A stretch of 64,000 nucleotides of DNA from Octopus sinensis (lineage: Eukaryota). Below the pieces are notes generated by a model. It was not told where the DNA came from. It was given only the letters and a program-made list of their open reading frames with translations, and searched no databases. Positions 14,064-27,050 of this stretch are shown one piece after another. The position numbers and the translations under genes were made by a program. The stretch spans positions 73,594,001 to 73,658,000 of the forward strand of contig NC_043006.1 in the NCBI RefSeq assembly GCF_006345805.1, given 5' to 3'. Position 1 is the first letter of the stretch. Every line of letters begins with the position of its first letter.

Positions 14064-14154
14064 TAAAAAATGAATAAAAAGTAAATGAGTACTTGCGTTA
14101 CATAAGTAATATTTTCAGGATTAAATAAAAAGACACACCTGTGTGTGTATATAA

Positions 14155-14159
<5 letters not shown>

Positions 14160-14187
<28 letters not shown>

Positions 14188-14205
14188 TGTATGTATGTAT
14201 GTATG

Positions 14206-14261
<56 letters not shown>

Positions 14262-14262
14262 G

Positions 14263-14301
<39 letters not shown>

Positions 14302-14302
14302 G

Positions 14303-14340
<38 letters not shown>
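14160..14340. repeat. (TATG)n followed by (TATC)n
   Basis: Direct reading. Confidence 0.95.
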
Positions 14341-14588
14341 ATAATATATATATATGTATATATAATTTAAAAAGGTGTAGTAAATAAACATACGAATATA
14401 TACTAAATACACAGACGATTAGAAAGCACAGAAGGTCACCAACTCCTCGTTAGTTATCAGCCACGGGTCAAGCGCAATTTCGACCATTATCGATAATATT
14501 GCTTTCGCTTTAGAGGCACCGAAAAGAAACTTTGCGGGAATGGGACCAAAACGTAACAAGACGAGACAGGCTCGAGACATATATATAT

Positions 14589-14619
<31 letters not shown>

Positions 14620-14688
14620 CGTATTACGCTCTTCCGCGATGGTTAGATCAACAAAAATGTACTCCATCTGGTGAAAGATAAATATCCT

Positions 14689-14802
14689 TTAATAAACACA
14701 GTAAATGTTTTTATGTGTTACAATTAGTTTCACGTGTTGAGAACATGCTCTCAGCATATGAAACTAATTTCAGCGCATTAAAACATATATTGTGTTTATT
14801 AA
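14689..14802. repeat. Short imperfect fold-back
   Basis: TTAATAAACACA...AATTAGTTTCA / TGAAACTAATT...TGTGTTTATTAA; minus arm contains GAAAC-TAATT-GTA. Confidence 0.6.
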
Positions 14803-14987
14803 ATGTAATATGATATAATTTATATATATATATATATAAACTTAATACACAATTATAAAATAGCTACTAATAGTTTCATACTTAATGATACTTTAAATTA
14901 ACAGATTTATATATGTATTGTATTTATTTACGCGCACAAGTATCTTACAAAGTAGATATACTTACATGTAAATGCATACGCACATAT

Positions 14988-15029
14988 TTGTATATATATA
15001 TATATATTATATATATATATATATATATA

Positions 15030-15069
<40 letters not shown>

Positions 15070-15106
15070 TATATATATATATATGCATATATATATATAT
15101 ATATTT

Positions 15107-15155
<49 letters not shown>

Positions 15156-15216
15156 TATATAATATATATATATAATATATATATATATACATACATATAC
15201 ATATATATATATATAT
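14988..15216. repeat. Degenerate (TA)n array
   Basis: Direct reading. Confidence 0.95.
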
Positions 15217-17170
15217 AACAAAGTAAAGTTGTAAGGTACCGTATATATATATATGTGTCTGTGTGTGCTTTGTGTGTATACACATACACATATATCCATT
15301 GGAGCAGGTGTAGTTTTGTTGTTAAAGATTCATTTGGCTGAACAGATCATCACACTGTATCGATTGAATTCTAAAACAGGATGTTTTTCGAGATTATATC
15401 CTTCTGTTTATTTCACCAGACTCTAATTGCTTGATGTTTGCCAATAGATCTATATACATCTATTCTAACACCCTATCCATTACTCACCCACTACTCACCT
15501 TTGTTTTTTGCCATAACACACGCACAAGCATCCACACACACACGCATACACACATATAGTTATTTCCCTGATGTTATTGAAAAGTTATAAAATACTGTGT
15601 ACTTTTAAAAAATATGGCCCCGGAGAATTGCTCGTGTAATTATACCAAATAAAACAAGATAAATTGTGAAGGATATGAACAAAATTCAGTAAATTTAGTA
15701 TATCGTTGCTTTAAAATGAATTTGATTTTACTATAAAATTGGATAACATTAAAAAGATATGTCGTAGACAATACAAACTTATAGGAATTCACAAAGTAAA
15801 CAAGATTTTAAGATGAATGCAATAATTTATGGAAATATCTGGAAAAAATATTTTCGTTTCTATGAACATGAACGATAGAGTGCAGTTTTTTTGTGTTCTT
15901 CCGTTTTGTATTGTATAATGTAACGAAAACTAGTAATTATTGTTAAACAGACACTAGAAGACAATCTCCTGCTGTCCGCGCTAAAAATACGTGGAAATAT
16001 TTGTGTAGGTAGACTAGAAATTAGCTGGTTTATCAGACATCTCTTCAATGAATCATTATTTTGCAAAGATTTAAAATTTCAACAACCATGTAATTACAAT
16101 TAGTTTCTCAAATGGTGCGTTGTCAGTTGTCATTCTTTGACAAGCATTGGGATTTAAGGAAGAAGCATACCACTATATACCTCTTGGTTAATTTGGAACA
16201 AACATAGAGACACCCCCACAAAAAACTCAAATCACCCTTATTCTTACTGCATGCGAACTTAGAACCATACAGGGTCTCCATTGTAGGAATTGTACCGACG
16301 CACCCTCTTTCCATATTTACCAACTTTTTCAGAATCGTCTATCGCTGTTGTTAGGTTTAACTTCTTTTCAAAGAAACATTATATTTGAGACTTTGTTAAC
16401 AGCTAAATAAACAGTGTCAACGACCTATACGACAAAACTACTTTATAGTTAATAGTCTATGATGCTAATAAAAAAATTTAAAAAATGAATATTTGTTTGT
16501 TTTAAATGGCTAATATGTAACTCCTTACAACGATGAACTTGTTTCACTTTCAAAACAGCAGTCGTTTGCCAAGCAATTATAATTCCGAATTATAAATATA
16601 AGTGAAAAAAAGCTGTTTTATAGTCTGTTATAAATTAACGAAATATAAAACACCCTTTATTCACAACGCTATTAATTTTGATCGCATATAACCTAGCAGT
16701 CAACAATATGCTTGAAAATTATCAAATATAATGAAAAGATTTGTGTTAATGGATTCTAGTATACAAATGTACATAAAAGCTTTTGAATCGGAACGCATCA
16801 GTTAATACATACGTTCTTATTTCAATGTTGGTTAGAATATAGAATAGATCGCGAGGTTGTTATCAATTTTCAATTAGATATGCACTTTTGGTTCACGTTT
16901 GATATTCACTGTAAAACTCTAGAGAGATCTTTCAATTTAAAAATATATTCCTATCTATTCATTTCTACGCCTGATTATATTCCAATACATCTTGTCTTAT
17001 CAGTAAACAAACATTCAATAAAATATTCTGGAAACTTGTTCTTGTCTTATCCACGAGATGTCCTCGAATAAAATGTGTGTGTATCTGCGTGTGTGTGTGT
17101 GCATACATGCGTGCGAGCGTGAGTGTGTGTGTGTATATGTATGTATGCATATCTTCTCATGAAATATTTA

Positions 17171-17212
<42 letters not shown>

Positions 17213-17214
17213 GA

Positions 17215-17860
17215 GCAGACATGGCTATGTGTGGCTGTGTGGTAAGATGTTTGCTTCTAATCCTCATGGTTCTGTGCTTAGTCCCACTTCGTGACATTTT
17301 GGGCAAAGTGTCTTCTTTCTCAATTAAGACTATGTCTGGCTTCCTATTATCTATCTCATGGTCGCACTGAATCATAAAATCCCATAGGATATTTTTTATT
17401 TTCGACGATGCTTTCGGGTTTGTGGTCGTACCAATTTTTTTCTCTGTCAATCTATACTTGTTGCAAAGTGTCTAATGGACAAGCCTAGCTATATTGTCGT
17501 GGAATCTCTTATATTCCTTGTGGGCTAGTGGCGTACATTGGCTGGTAATATGCCATACGGTTTCACCGTTTTGTCTGCAGATTCTGACCAAAGCTGCGTG
17601 AGTGGATTTGATAGATGGAAACTGAAAGAAACTTGTCGTATATATAGCACTCTGTGTTTGTCCCCCACTGCCGCTAGACAACCGGTGTTGGCGCATTTAC
17701 ATCCCTGTAACTTAGCAATCGGCAAAAAAAAAAACGGATTGAATAAGTACAAGAGTTAAAATCAAAAGTATTAGAGTCGATTAATTCGACTAAAATTTTC
17801 CAAGACGGTGCTCCAACATGACCGCAGTTTAATGTCTGAAACAAGTGAAGCATAAGATGT
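17215..17860 (+). mobile_element. Degraded SINE-C interrupted by a LINE fragment
   Basis: Head to TTGGGCAAAGTGTCTTCT (~17318), resumes at CTGACCAAAGC (~17584). Confidence 0.7.
17314..17583 (-). mobile_element. Internal fragment of R4/Dong-like LINE
   Basis: High identity to ~23276-23550; encodes GETVWHITSQCTPLAHKEYKRFHDNIARLVH and QCDHEIDNRKPDIVLIEK. Confidence 0.85.
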
Positions 17861-17913
17861 GTTTGTATGTGTTTGTTTGTGTATGTGTATGCGTGTGTGT
17901 GCGCGAGCGCGGG

Positions 17914-17944
<31 letters not shown>

Positions 17945-18320
17945 GTAGACACAGACGCGGCTGGGTGTTTCTGCGTGGTAAGAATTTTGTTTCTTAGCCT
18001 CATGGTTCCCGGTGTGTGTGGGTGCGTGTGTACCGGATTTACTCGGTACACATATATTACAGGAAAACCTACCGCAGCTTCTTAATTTTATCCTTGAATG
18101 AATATATATATATATATATATATATATCGAGAGAGAGAGAGAGAGAGAGAGGAGAGATGAGAAAGTTGGTTTGTGAAAGCACGTGGTTGAATATATAGAA
18201 AATAGTAAAAAGTGAAAAGACTACAGAAGGCTTGTTTTAAAAGGTTAAAAATATATATTTGAGTCAATATGTCTGAAGAATATTATAAATTTTTTTCTGA
18301 CAATGACATAGTTTAGAAGT

Positions 18321-18352
18321 AATGACCGGTTTCGCGTTTAGCTTTTCAAATT
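18321..18352 (-). ncRNA. Minimal type I hammerhead-like motif (variant core)
   Basis: AAT-TTGAAAA-GC-TAAAC-GC-GAAAC-CG-GTC-ATT; core differs from CUGANGA at positions 3 and 8. Confidence 0.6.
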
Positions 18353-18501
18353 TCTTACGTCGTTATGTTTATGTTGAGAAGAGTTATCGTTATGTTTATG
18401 TTGAAGAGAGTTCTAGATAAGGGGAGGTAATAAGTGATTTCTTCCGGTGTAAGGGAGATAATCGCTTAAAATATTTTACCTTTCCTTTGGGGTGAATTTC
18501 T

Positions 18502-19300
18502 CTATATAAGTATGTTGGAATGGTTAAGTCTGGGCTTGTACTTTTCAATGAAGAATGTTTCCTTGTTTAGTCTAATTTGTGTTGGTGTTCCGATAGCACA
18601 TTGATAAAATAGAAAGATCAAAAATTGTGGTAGTAGTTGCTTTGCGCATTTCTCAATGTGCTCACTAAAAGGTATCATTCTGTATTCTGAGAATGCAATC
18701 TGTTGTCGATGCAGTGTGCATCTACGTCTGAGTGATAGTCCCGTGGATCCCACGTAGTCTTGGTGGTAGCCCGAACATTTTATGACATAAATTATGTTTT
18801 CAGAGGCACAAGTAAAATTAGATTTGATCTTGAATTTCTGTCCCTCTTTGAAGAGGAATTCTGATCCTTCTAGCAGGTTTGGACATGTTGCACAGTTCGG
18901 TCTACCACATTTTTTTACTTTTGCAACCGTAATTTCAGAAAGCAATTTTGCCTTTGTGAGAATCTTTTTAAGTGATTTAGGTTGTTTGTAGCTTTTAATG
19001 ATTTGGTGTATGTTTAGAATTTCCTTTAATTTGGGGTCCTTATGAAGTATTGGTAAATTCTGGGTGATGATGGTGAAGGCTTCTTTGTTTCTGGGGTTGT
19101 ATGTGGATATGTAAGGTAGTATTTTCTGAGAAGGTGTGTTGTTGTGTTGAACTTTTCTTAAAGTTTCTATGTTGATTTCTGTTGCTAGTCTGATCCCATC
19201 CTCTATGAGTTGAGCTGGGTAATGTCTGTCAATTAAGGTGTTTTTGAGTTCTTGCAGTCTAAAGTTCCTGGTATTTTGTTCTGACACTATTGTGCATATC
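18502..19300 (-). CDS. PLE RT-thumb plus GIY-YIG endonuclease, C-terminal ~265 aa
   Basis: RRICTIVSE..., CGRPNCATC linker, NFTCASENIIYVIKC...YVGSTG...RRRCTLH...SEH...ETFFIEKYKPRLN; the N-terminal part of ORF 18502-19491 is microsatellite read-through. Confidence 0.85.
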
Positions 19301-19832
19301 CTTCTGAGAGAGAGAGAGAGATAATCAGGTAGATAGATACATAGATGGATAGACAAATAGAGAAAGAGAGAGAGAGAGAGAGAGAGTGAGAAAGACTGAG
19401 AGGAGAGAGAGAGATCTTCTATCTTGTATTCACAAATAAACCTGAAACTATTTTTTACATGGAAGGGTAAGCAGCGATTTTTCGATTTCATATTGTCTTA
19501 GAGCCACTGCTTTTTTTCCGCGCATTCTCATAAAATTTCTCAAACTCACAATTCACGGTTTCCTCTGATATAGTATCGCTAAATTATTCTCGTAAATACC
19601 GGCATAAGTTTTGCAAACATTGTCAACGTTAAGATAGAAACGTAGCCCCTCCTCACAGGTAAGTTTTATACGACTGGTTTCTGTACATTTTCCGCCACCA
19701 ATTTAAATCAAGAGGTACATCCTATGCTTAATCATTCATGCATTTATGTATGAACAACACGCACACATACACATATATGCTGTTTTTGTATATAATCTGT
19801 ACATATTAACAGATGCGTGCCAAAATCTGAAA

Positions 19833-19884
<52 letters not shown>

Positions 19885-19887
<3 letters not shown>

Positions 19888-20095
19888 ATCATGATTGACC
19901 GCTAAACCCACAAGTTTTTTTTTATTCTCTCCCATTTTATTCTTCCTCTGTTTATTTTCTCTCATTCTTTCTGTTAAAGAGCGTAGGCTCGAAAAGTGAA
20001 AGACTTTCTCACCTTCCCGAGCGTTAAACTGATACACCTGCTCGTTGTTCATACAGCTGTCTTCGTCTTTTGTTTTTCTGTAAATTTCAACAATA
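19885..20095 (+). mobile_element. Short repeat with HHR-like fold (possible pLTR remnant)
   Basis: TCTTT-CTGTTAAA-GAGC-GTAG-GCTC-GAAAAGTG-AAAGA at 19966-20003; core degenerate. Confidence 0.35.
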
Positions 20096-20169
20096 TATTT
20101 ACTGACCAAAGTCTTGTGAATGGATTTGGTAGACGGAAACTGAAAGAAGCCCTTCGTGAGTATATATAT

Positions 20170-20202
<33 letters not shown>

Positions 20203-20589
20203 GTTTGTGTGCTTGTGTTTGTCCCCCAATATCGCCTGACAACCGATGTTGGTGTGTTTACGTCCCCGTAAACAGGTAAAAGAATAAAAGAATATATATA
20301 TACATATACACATCTCTATTTATAAAACTGAAATGCGAAAAGTTTGTTTGTTTGTCTGTCTGGAACGGTTTAAAGGCCACTAGATCCCGTCGGATTGACT
20401 CCAAAATTTACAGGGACATGTAAAATGAGGTAAGGATGCCAGTGGGCTACGTTAGAAATTCCTATCTTAAAAGGTGTCGTTGCTAGGGACAAAAATGCAC
20501 TTTGACAAGTCCACTCTCATTCTTTTATGTATCTGTCTTCCTCCGTCACTCACTCTATTTCCTCCTTTCCCATCACTTTCTATATATAA

Positions 20590-20933
20590 CGTCGATAACG
20601 GCTTCTAACTCCCCTTCACTTTCTCTTTATAACTTCGTCAAACGGCGTTCTATATCTCCCCCTCCTCCTCTCCGCCTTCCACAGCGCTTTCACACACTCT
20701 CTCTCTCTACGTCTGTCTGCATTCATATAGAGAATTATCATCGCCATAACCACCACACAATCGTCAATAACGGCGTCTAACTCCCCCTTCACATTCTCTT
20801 TATAACTTCGTCAAACTGCGTTCTATATCTCCCCCTCCTCATTCCCGCTTTCCACAACGCTTTCACACTCTCTCTCTCTCTACGTCTGTCTGCATTCATA
20901 GAGAGAATTATCATCGCCACCACAATCACACAA
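20590..20933 (+). repeat. Tandem duplication, period 172 bp
   Basis: CGTC(G/A)ATAACGGC starts at 20590 and 20762; units highly similar. Confidence 0.9.
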
Positions 20934-21134
20934 TCATGAGAACAAATATTATGAATCAGATATTTATTGGGTTCATTTACATTTATATATGTGTGTTCTA
21001 TATATAAATATGTATATATAATGTATATATACACAGTGTATATGTGTGTGTTCTATATATAAATGTATATGTGTGTGTTCTATATATAAATATGTATATA
21101 TAATGTATATATACAAAGTGTGTATATATGTATT

Positions 21135-21355
21135 TATGTATATTAAACTTTTTAATACTTTTTGATAGTTACATATATTTTTATAAAAATTATAAATATA
21201 AATTAATAATTTTTATTTTAAATTTAAATAATTTAAATTTTTCAATTTTATATTTTATATATTTTGTATATTATATTTTTATTTTGATGTTTTGTTTTTT
21301 GCTTTTCACTGTTTGATTTGCCTATTAGTGGTTTTATCTCTAATTTAATTTATAC
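21135..21355 (+). repeat. AT-rich pLTR-tail fragment related to 60884-61028
   Basis: Shares ATTAAACTTTT.AATAC.TTTGATA and TGTTTGATTTGCCTA.TAGTGGTTTTATCTCTAATTTAAT. Confidence 0.7.
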
Positions 21356-21394
21356 ATATATATATAATTTCTATACATTTGTATATATAAGGCG

Positions 21395-21432
<38 letters not shown>

Positions 21433-21704
21433 CATATATATATATGTATAATGTGTGCATTATGTGGTCGGTTGAGCTGAAAATATGCACACCTATGTTA
21501 AAAGTGCTGGCAAGTTTGCATGACAACTATTTTTTTTCCTCAAATGAAAGGCGTGACCTCTAGGACAAAATTCCTCATCTTATAAAATGTGGCCCCAGTA
21601 GACCGGAGTGAAATCGGGTTATATTAACCACAATGTGAAAAGGGGTCTAAATGGGGCTGGAAGGGGATTCAAATTTAAAGGAGCGGGTGTTTAGGAATTC
21701 TCTG

Positions 21705-21990
21705 TTACATCAAGCTAAAAAATTTGCGCCAGCCTTTTAATCGTCAATGTGTTGCCGTCCATGATGAAGAAGTTTTGAATGCTTGCCATAGTGAGTCTAC
21801 TGTCGTGAGAAAGAATCACTTCAAAACTTGGTGTTTACGAATTTTCTTTTACATCAAGTTCAAAATTTTACGCCAGCCGTTAAACTGTCAATACGTTGCT
21901 GTCCGTCGTTAAGAAATGCCAGCCATGGTGACTCTACTATCCTCAGATTCTATCCCTTCAAACTTTGGTTTCCAATATTTTATTATTTTT
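21705..21990 (+). repeat. Diverged tandem repeat, period ~144 bp
   Basis: TTACATCAAG...CGCCAGCC recurs at ~21705 and ~21849. Confidence 0.65.
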
Positions 21991-22259
21991 ATTCAGCTCG
22001 CAAGTTCGTCTGTCCCTTTTAAATGTTAGTGTTTTGCTGTCTGCCTTGAAGCAGACCTTTCCGTTGCCACTGACTGATATTTATGATTGATCTTTCTAAA
22101 TATTTTATTTCTCAACTTACTCAAGATCTTTTGTTGTTTATAAATGGGAGAGAGATAGATAAAAATAGAGAGTAAGAGAAAGCGAGGGAGAGTCCGAGAG
22201 AAAAGAAAAGTAAGAGAGTGGGAAAGTGAGAGAGAAAGGAGAGAGAAACAAAGAGGGAG

Positions 22260-22260
<1 letters not shown>

Positions 22261-22290
<30 letters not shown>

Positions 22291-22585
22291 GTTTAACGTC
22301 CGTTTTTCGTGCTAACACGGGTTGGACAGTTTGACCGGGGTCTGGGAAGCCAGGAGGCTGCACCAGGCTCCAGTCTGATCTGGCAGTGTTTCTACTGGTG
22401 GATGCCCTTCCTAACGCCAACCACTCTGTGAGTGTAGTGGGTGCTTTTTTCGTGCCGCTGGCACAGGTGCCAGGGGGGCTGCCAGCGGCCACGATCGGTT
22501 AGGGCTTTTTACGTGTCACCGGCACAGAAGCCAGTCAAGGCGGCGCTGCAATCGGCCACGTTCGGATGGTGCTTTTTACGTGCTG
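22261..22585 (-). mobile_element. Short retroposon with (GAT)n tail, RTE-type 3' end
   Basis: Minus strand ends GGACGTTAAACGATGATGATG...; no ORF. Confidence 0.6.
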
Positions 22586-22873
22586 AAAGGAAGCAACAGA
22601 AAGTAACAACCACACTCTTACCCGCGCGTAGAGCGGGTCACCTTAAGCTAGTATACACATAAAAGCGATGAGCAGATAGAATCGCTCGCGCGCCGGAGAA
22701 ACTTCTTAACGGCATTTTGTCCGTCTTTATGTTCTGAGTTCAAATTCTGACGATGTGGCCCTTACATTTCATCATTTCGTAGTCAATAAAATAAGTTCCA
22801 GTTGACTCCTCGGGCCAATGTAATGACTTATCCCCTTCCTTAAAATTGCTCGCTGTGTGACAGAATTTGAAAC

Positions 22874-22910
<37 letters not shown>

Positions 22911-23990
22911 GCCTTTGCACAGATTCTAACGCTGTATATGTACTACAGTGTCAGCTGTTCACTACATGTGAACTAAGGTAACACCTCTTATTTTTCGAGC
23001 ACCTTCCGGAGTATTCGAGTGGTTCCAAGCAGTGCTGTTTTTTGCAAGTGCTCCGCCCTTATTTCAGCCCCTATTTGTTCCACGTACATCTCGAGACTTT
23101 TGCTCACTGTTCCCAGGGCTCCGACAATTATTGGTACTACTGCTACCTTTTTTATCGACCACAACTGCTTAACTTCCCAAGCTGACCTGTCATATCTCTC
23201 GACTTTTCTTTCTTCCTCATCGCATACCTTGTTGCCAGCTGGGCATGCTATATCTTTCATCTAGCATAGTTTGCCTTCTTTCTCAATTAAGATTATGTCT
23301 GGCTTCCTATTCTCTATCTCATGATCGCACTGAATCATAAAATCCCATAGGATCTTTGCATTTTTATTTTCGACGATGCTTTCGGGTTTGTGGTCGTACC
23401 AATTTTATTCTCTGTCAATCCATACTTGTTACAAAGTGTCCAATAGACAAGCCTGGCTATATTGTCGTCGTATCTCTTATATTCCTTCTGGGCTAGTGGC
23501 GTACATTGGCTGGTAATATGCCATACGGTTTCACCGTTTTGTCCACAGATTTTGCTCTTATCACATTCTGCTGTGTTGTCTATTTTGTAGTTTATGTAGT
23601 TTGTTCTTCGTGCTTGCTCTTGGGCAGCACAGATTAGAGCCTCCTTTTCCGGTTTTAAATCACTTTTAGTCATCCACAGCCATCTTTTTTCTCTGTCCGT
23701 CTTATATTCAACATCCCTATGAAATTGACCATGCATCCTTTTGTTTACCCATCTATTTTCAGTTTCATTCGTTTATACTGCTTTATCTTTGCAATCTTTC
23801 ATCCTACACAAGCCTGACCTTCCTACTCCTAATAAATGCGGTTCTGTGACATTTTTACATACCATGCTATGTTATTTTCTTCTGCTCTAATGCAATAAAT
23901 TCTCTTCCCCCTCTTTTTCTTGGTACATACAGTCTGTCTTTGTCCCCTTTTGGGTGGAGTGACCCATATCTAGTTAGTAACCTCCTCCTT
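22874..23990 (-). mobile_element. 5'-truncated R4/Dong-like LINE (zinc knuckle plus REL endonuclease)
   Basis: MHGQF..., ETVWHITSQC..LAQKEYKR.D, PD..DIACP..., VPIIVGALG..., QKTALLGT; frameshifts; 3' end in (TAA)n at 22874-22910. Confidence 0.85.
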
Positions 23991-24000
23991 CTTCTTCTTG

Positions 24001-24560
24001 TTATTATTATTGAGCGAGAGAGCAGCGCATGCCATCAAAATGACGCTGGGGTACATATATGTACGACGCCCAATATACCCAGCATGATTACTCGTCTGCG
24101 ATAAGGCTACAGCAGGCGCGTGTATCACAACCATATGTGCGTGACATGATGATCGTATATCAAGATAAACAGCGCATGATCTTGCAGGTAGGCCTAGTTA
24201 GGATTTTCTTCAGGTCGAGTAGCCCATCCTGCTCAAAAAGGTCCCTGAATAAGGTTTGTTTAAGGATGATGAGCAAAACACTCGTGCTTTCAGGGTGAAT
24301 TTTTCAAACCCCAAAGAATTCCTCTCAACACATGGCTATGGTGTTCCCCCACTACTTCTGCTCGTGATCAGAGATGCACATATAGTCAACCACTAAGGGA
24401 CAGGCTCATCTGGTTAAGGCCGAACAACTGACAAGCAAATCTGTGGTATTGAGCAGAATACTTACTATATCCCATCTTTTATACCAAGACAAAACATATA
24501 CATGATAACATTTCCGATCAGTTAAAATCAAACGACATGAGAGCGACTGTCTGGTGCTGC
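24001..24560 (-). mobile_element. Non-coding retroposon with (TAA)n 3' tail
   Basis: Minus strand ends CTCTCGCTCAATAATAATAAC; no ORF; abuts 5' end of the Dong-like fragment. Confidence 0.5.
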
Positions 24561-25402
24561 AAGAGTGAGCAGACAGAAATATTAGCGCACCGGACAAAAA
24601 GCTGAGTGGTATTTTCGCCGGGTCTTTACGCTTGAGTTCAAATCCCACCTAGGTCAACTTTTGTACCATGCCTTGGGGACAGATAAAATTACCAGTCAAG
24701 TGCCTCCCTCAACATTGCTTGAACCCCTTCAACTGTTGGATCGCGGTCACTTATACACCATAAAAACCGGGTCACCGGCCTTATGCGACCTAGGGCTTGA
24801 AAAAAAGGAGAAAAACTGAATACTTTATGTGAACGTAGGCACATGTATACACAGACGTAATCAAGTAAATGCGATTATGTGCTTAGGTGTTTATGCTTGT
24901 ACCACTATACGTGTATGAATGCATTAGTTTAGTTACCAAATATGTTTCAAAGAGTCATACTTTTGAATGTTTTAAAGTTCAACGTTGAATTAAAGACAGA
25001 GTTTTTCCTCTTTCACCCAAGCATTAATAAACGAAGCGAATTTGTTTTTCAGACTGCAAACCTCTGCCGCCTATTTTTGCAAGTCTTGTCATCACTTAGG
25101 CATTGTGTAATTTTTATCTGTGCTTTTTAAAATTTTTATCAAGTATTATCGCTCGTTATTGTAATATTTTGTTTTTTTCTTTATTCTGATCTTTTTATGA
25201 TTTCTGTTTTCTTTTTCAGAGTGTTTTCTTTCATTGTTCATTGCTTTCTTTTTCTCTTAACCTTCTGAAAACGGCCCATGAATCAATTCGTGTACGACAT
25301 TGTAAATGCAAATGTGTCTATTTTCCTGCTTTGTAGCAGCAATGTGTCTATTGATACTTCAAAGCTTATGCAATTTCTGACCTTCCTTCAGTATGTGTAT
25401 GT

Positions 25403-25486
<84 letters not shown>

Positions 25487-25739
25487 ACACACACACGCAC
25501 ACACACAAACTACACTCGTTGTTATGGATACAACGTGACACGTAGTGAAATTAAAGTAAGACCTAAGATATAACATCAACACCCAGAAGAGTATAAATAT
25601 AACGCCTAGCAATGACTCAATTTCTAAATATAAACAGTCAGTTCATATATATGTATACACATACACACACATGTATGTATATATATATATATATGATATA
25701 AAAGAGGCACATCTCGCTGTATATTCGTATACACCAAAA

Positions 25740-26345
25740 AATATAAGCAAATGCATTTACTTACAAGAAGATACCGAACGTCCACGAAGACGAAAAATAT
25801 CAATGTATAAGAACCCTCTTAGGAGAACATTTAGTTCCGCCTTCGCAAACGAAGCATTAAATAAAGATATCTACAGAATAAAACAATTACTGATCAATAA
25901 CGGTTATTCAAAGAACGGGTTAGCACAAGCCATAAACCAATACAGACAAAATACAATGCAACAAATACACCCGAACACAACACCTATTAAAAATACATAA
26001 AGTAGTCAAGTGTAATTATTTGAATTATATTGCATATTAAGTATCGATAGATGAGAGATGAAAATCTCATTAAACCGATCATAACTTGCTTTGCATCAGA
26101 CTTTGTATATAGCCTAATACAAATAATACACTAAAAAGTACACAACCAAAATTTAAAATCTTTTATTAAATTCAAGCAAAAGATGTAAGCAATTCAACAT
26201 GCTACAACTGATCAATGCGATCTATAAATTCAATTGCAACAGTTAAAGTCGTTAACTTGACGATTCTATCATGCCTGTTATAGTCAATAACGACCAATAT
26301 TGGCGATTCAAATACGGATCCTTTCCGTCGGCTTAAAATGCATTT
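25740..26345 (+). pseudogene. Decayed PLE fragment (RT thumb and GIY-YIG remnants)
   Basis: LNKDIYRIKQLLINNGY; downstream AIYKFNC and YWRFKYGSFPSA/IGDSNTDPFRRLKMH-type remnants. Confidence 0.6.
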
Positions 26346-26914
26346 AAAATAAAGAGAAATTGAAATGCGCTTAAATCAGACAACACAAAGAAAACTAAAT
26401 AAAGAAGCAGAGGATAACACACACACACACACACACGCACACACACACACACTCACACATGGCAAAATCTATAGGAAAACACATGACTATTGACAGGAGC
26501 AATACTCAGAATGATAGCATAATGATACAATAAACACATACAACATAATGAGTAGTCCATCCATCCATTCATTCATCCATCCATCCACCCATCAATCCAT
26601 CCATCCATTTTTGCAGCCTACTATTCTTCGGGGGATCATGTGGGTAAAGTTCTCAAGCACTTCAGCCATAAAGTCATATCGGATATAACTATCACTAAAT
26701 TTTCCTACTAGATTCCTTACCGTGAATAACGTAAGACTATTGGCATTATCGAACCCTCTTGCTCGTCGTCTACCCTAAGATCTCCTACTGGTTTGGTCGG
26801 ATTGAAGAATCTATTTGCGATCCTTTCCTGTGGTGTTCTAATCACATGTCCGTTGTCACAAACAAAAGTGAACACTTGGGTAATGAGGTATAAACCTTGA
26901 GATTAAAGTTCAGA

Positions 26915-27050
26915 TTACGGAGGGAAATTCTATACTAATCATATCGGTATTGTCTTCTAATAAAGAGGAAGCTACTCACGCCAACATAACTTTATCCTGA
27001 AGAAAATCTAGAAATTCTTTGAAGGTCACGATTCGTTGATGATCCAATTA
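26915..27050 (+). repeat. Dispersed ~140-bp repeat, second copy at 32101-32240
   Basis: ATTACGGAGGGAAATT.TATACTAATC...GCCAACATAACTTTATCCTGAAGAAAA..TAGAA.TTCT.TGAAG.TCACGAT in both. Confidence 0.8.

Larger units (their letters stand above)
18190..19305 (-). mobile_element. 5'-truncated Penelope-like element (Neptune-like) with 3' pLTR
   Basis: Open frame covering RT thumb, Cys linker and GIY-YIG, then 3' region with minimal HHR motif; 5' end abuts (GA)n. Confidence 0.85.
20313..22651 (+). mobile_element. Probable non-autonomous Helitron
   Basis: 5' A|TC at 20312/20313 followed by (GTTT)n/(GTCT)n; 3' hairpin ACCCGC..GCGGGT (22620-22638) then 9 nt then CTAG|T (22648-22652); internal tandem repeats. 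Confidence 0.65.

Noticed and set aside
14430-14580. TCGAAATTGCGC and CTGATAA near a short palindrome on the minus strand
   Set aside because: Core elements are in the wrong order with no consistent stems
16088-16135. CTGACAA...GAAAC-TAATT-GTA on the minus strand
   Set aside because: Stems I and II do not pair convincingly; at most a decayed remnant
20590-21990. Repeats considered as a CRISPR-like array
   Set aside because: Eukaryotic context; two-unit tandem duplications without repeat-spacer structure or cas genes
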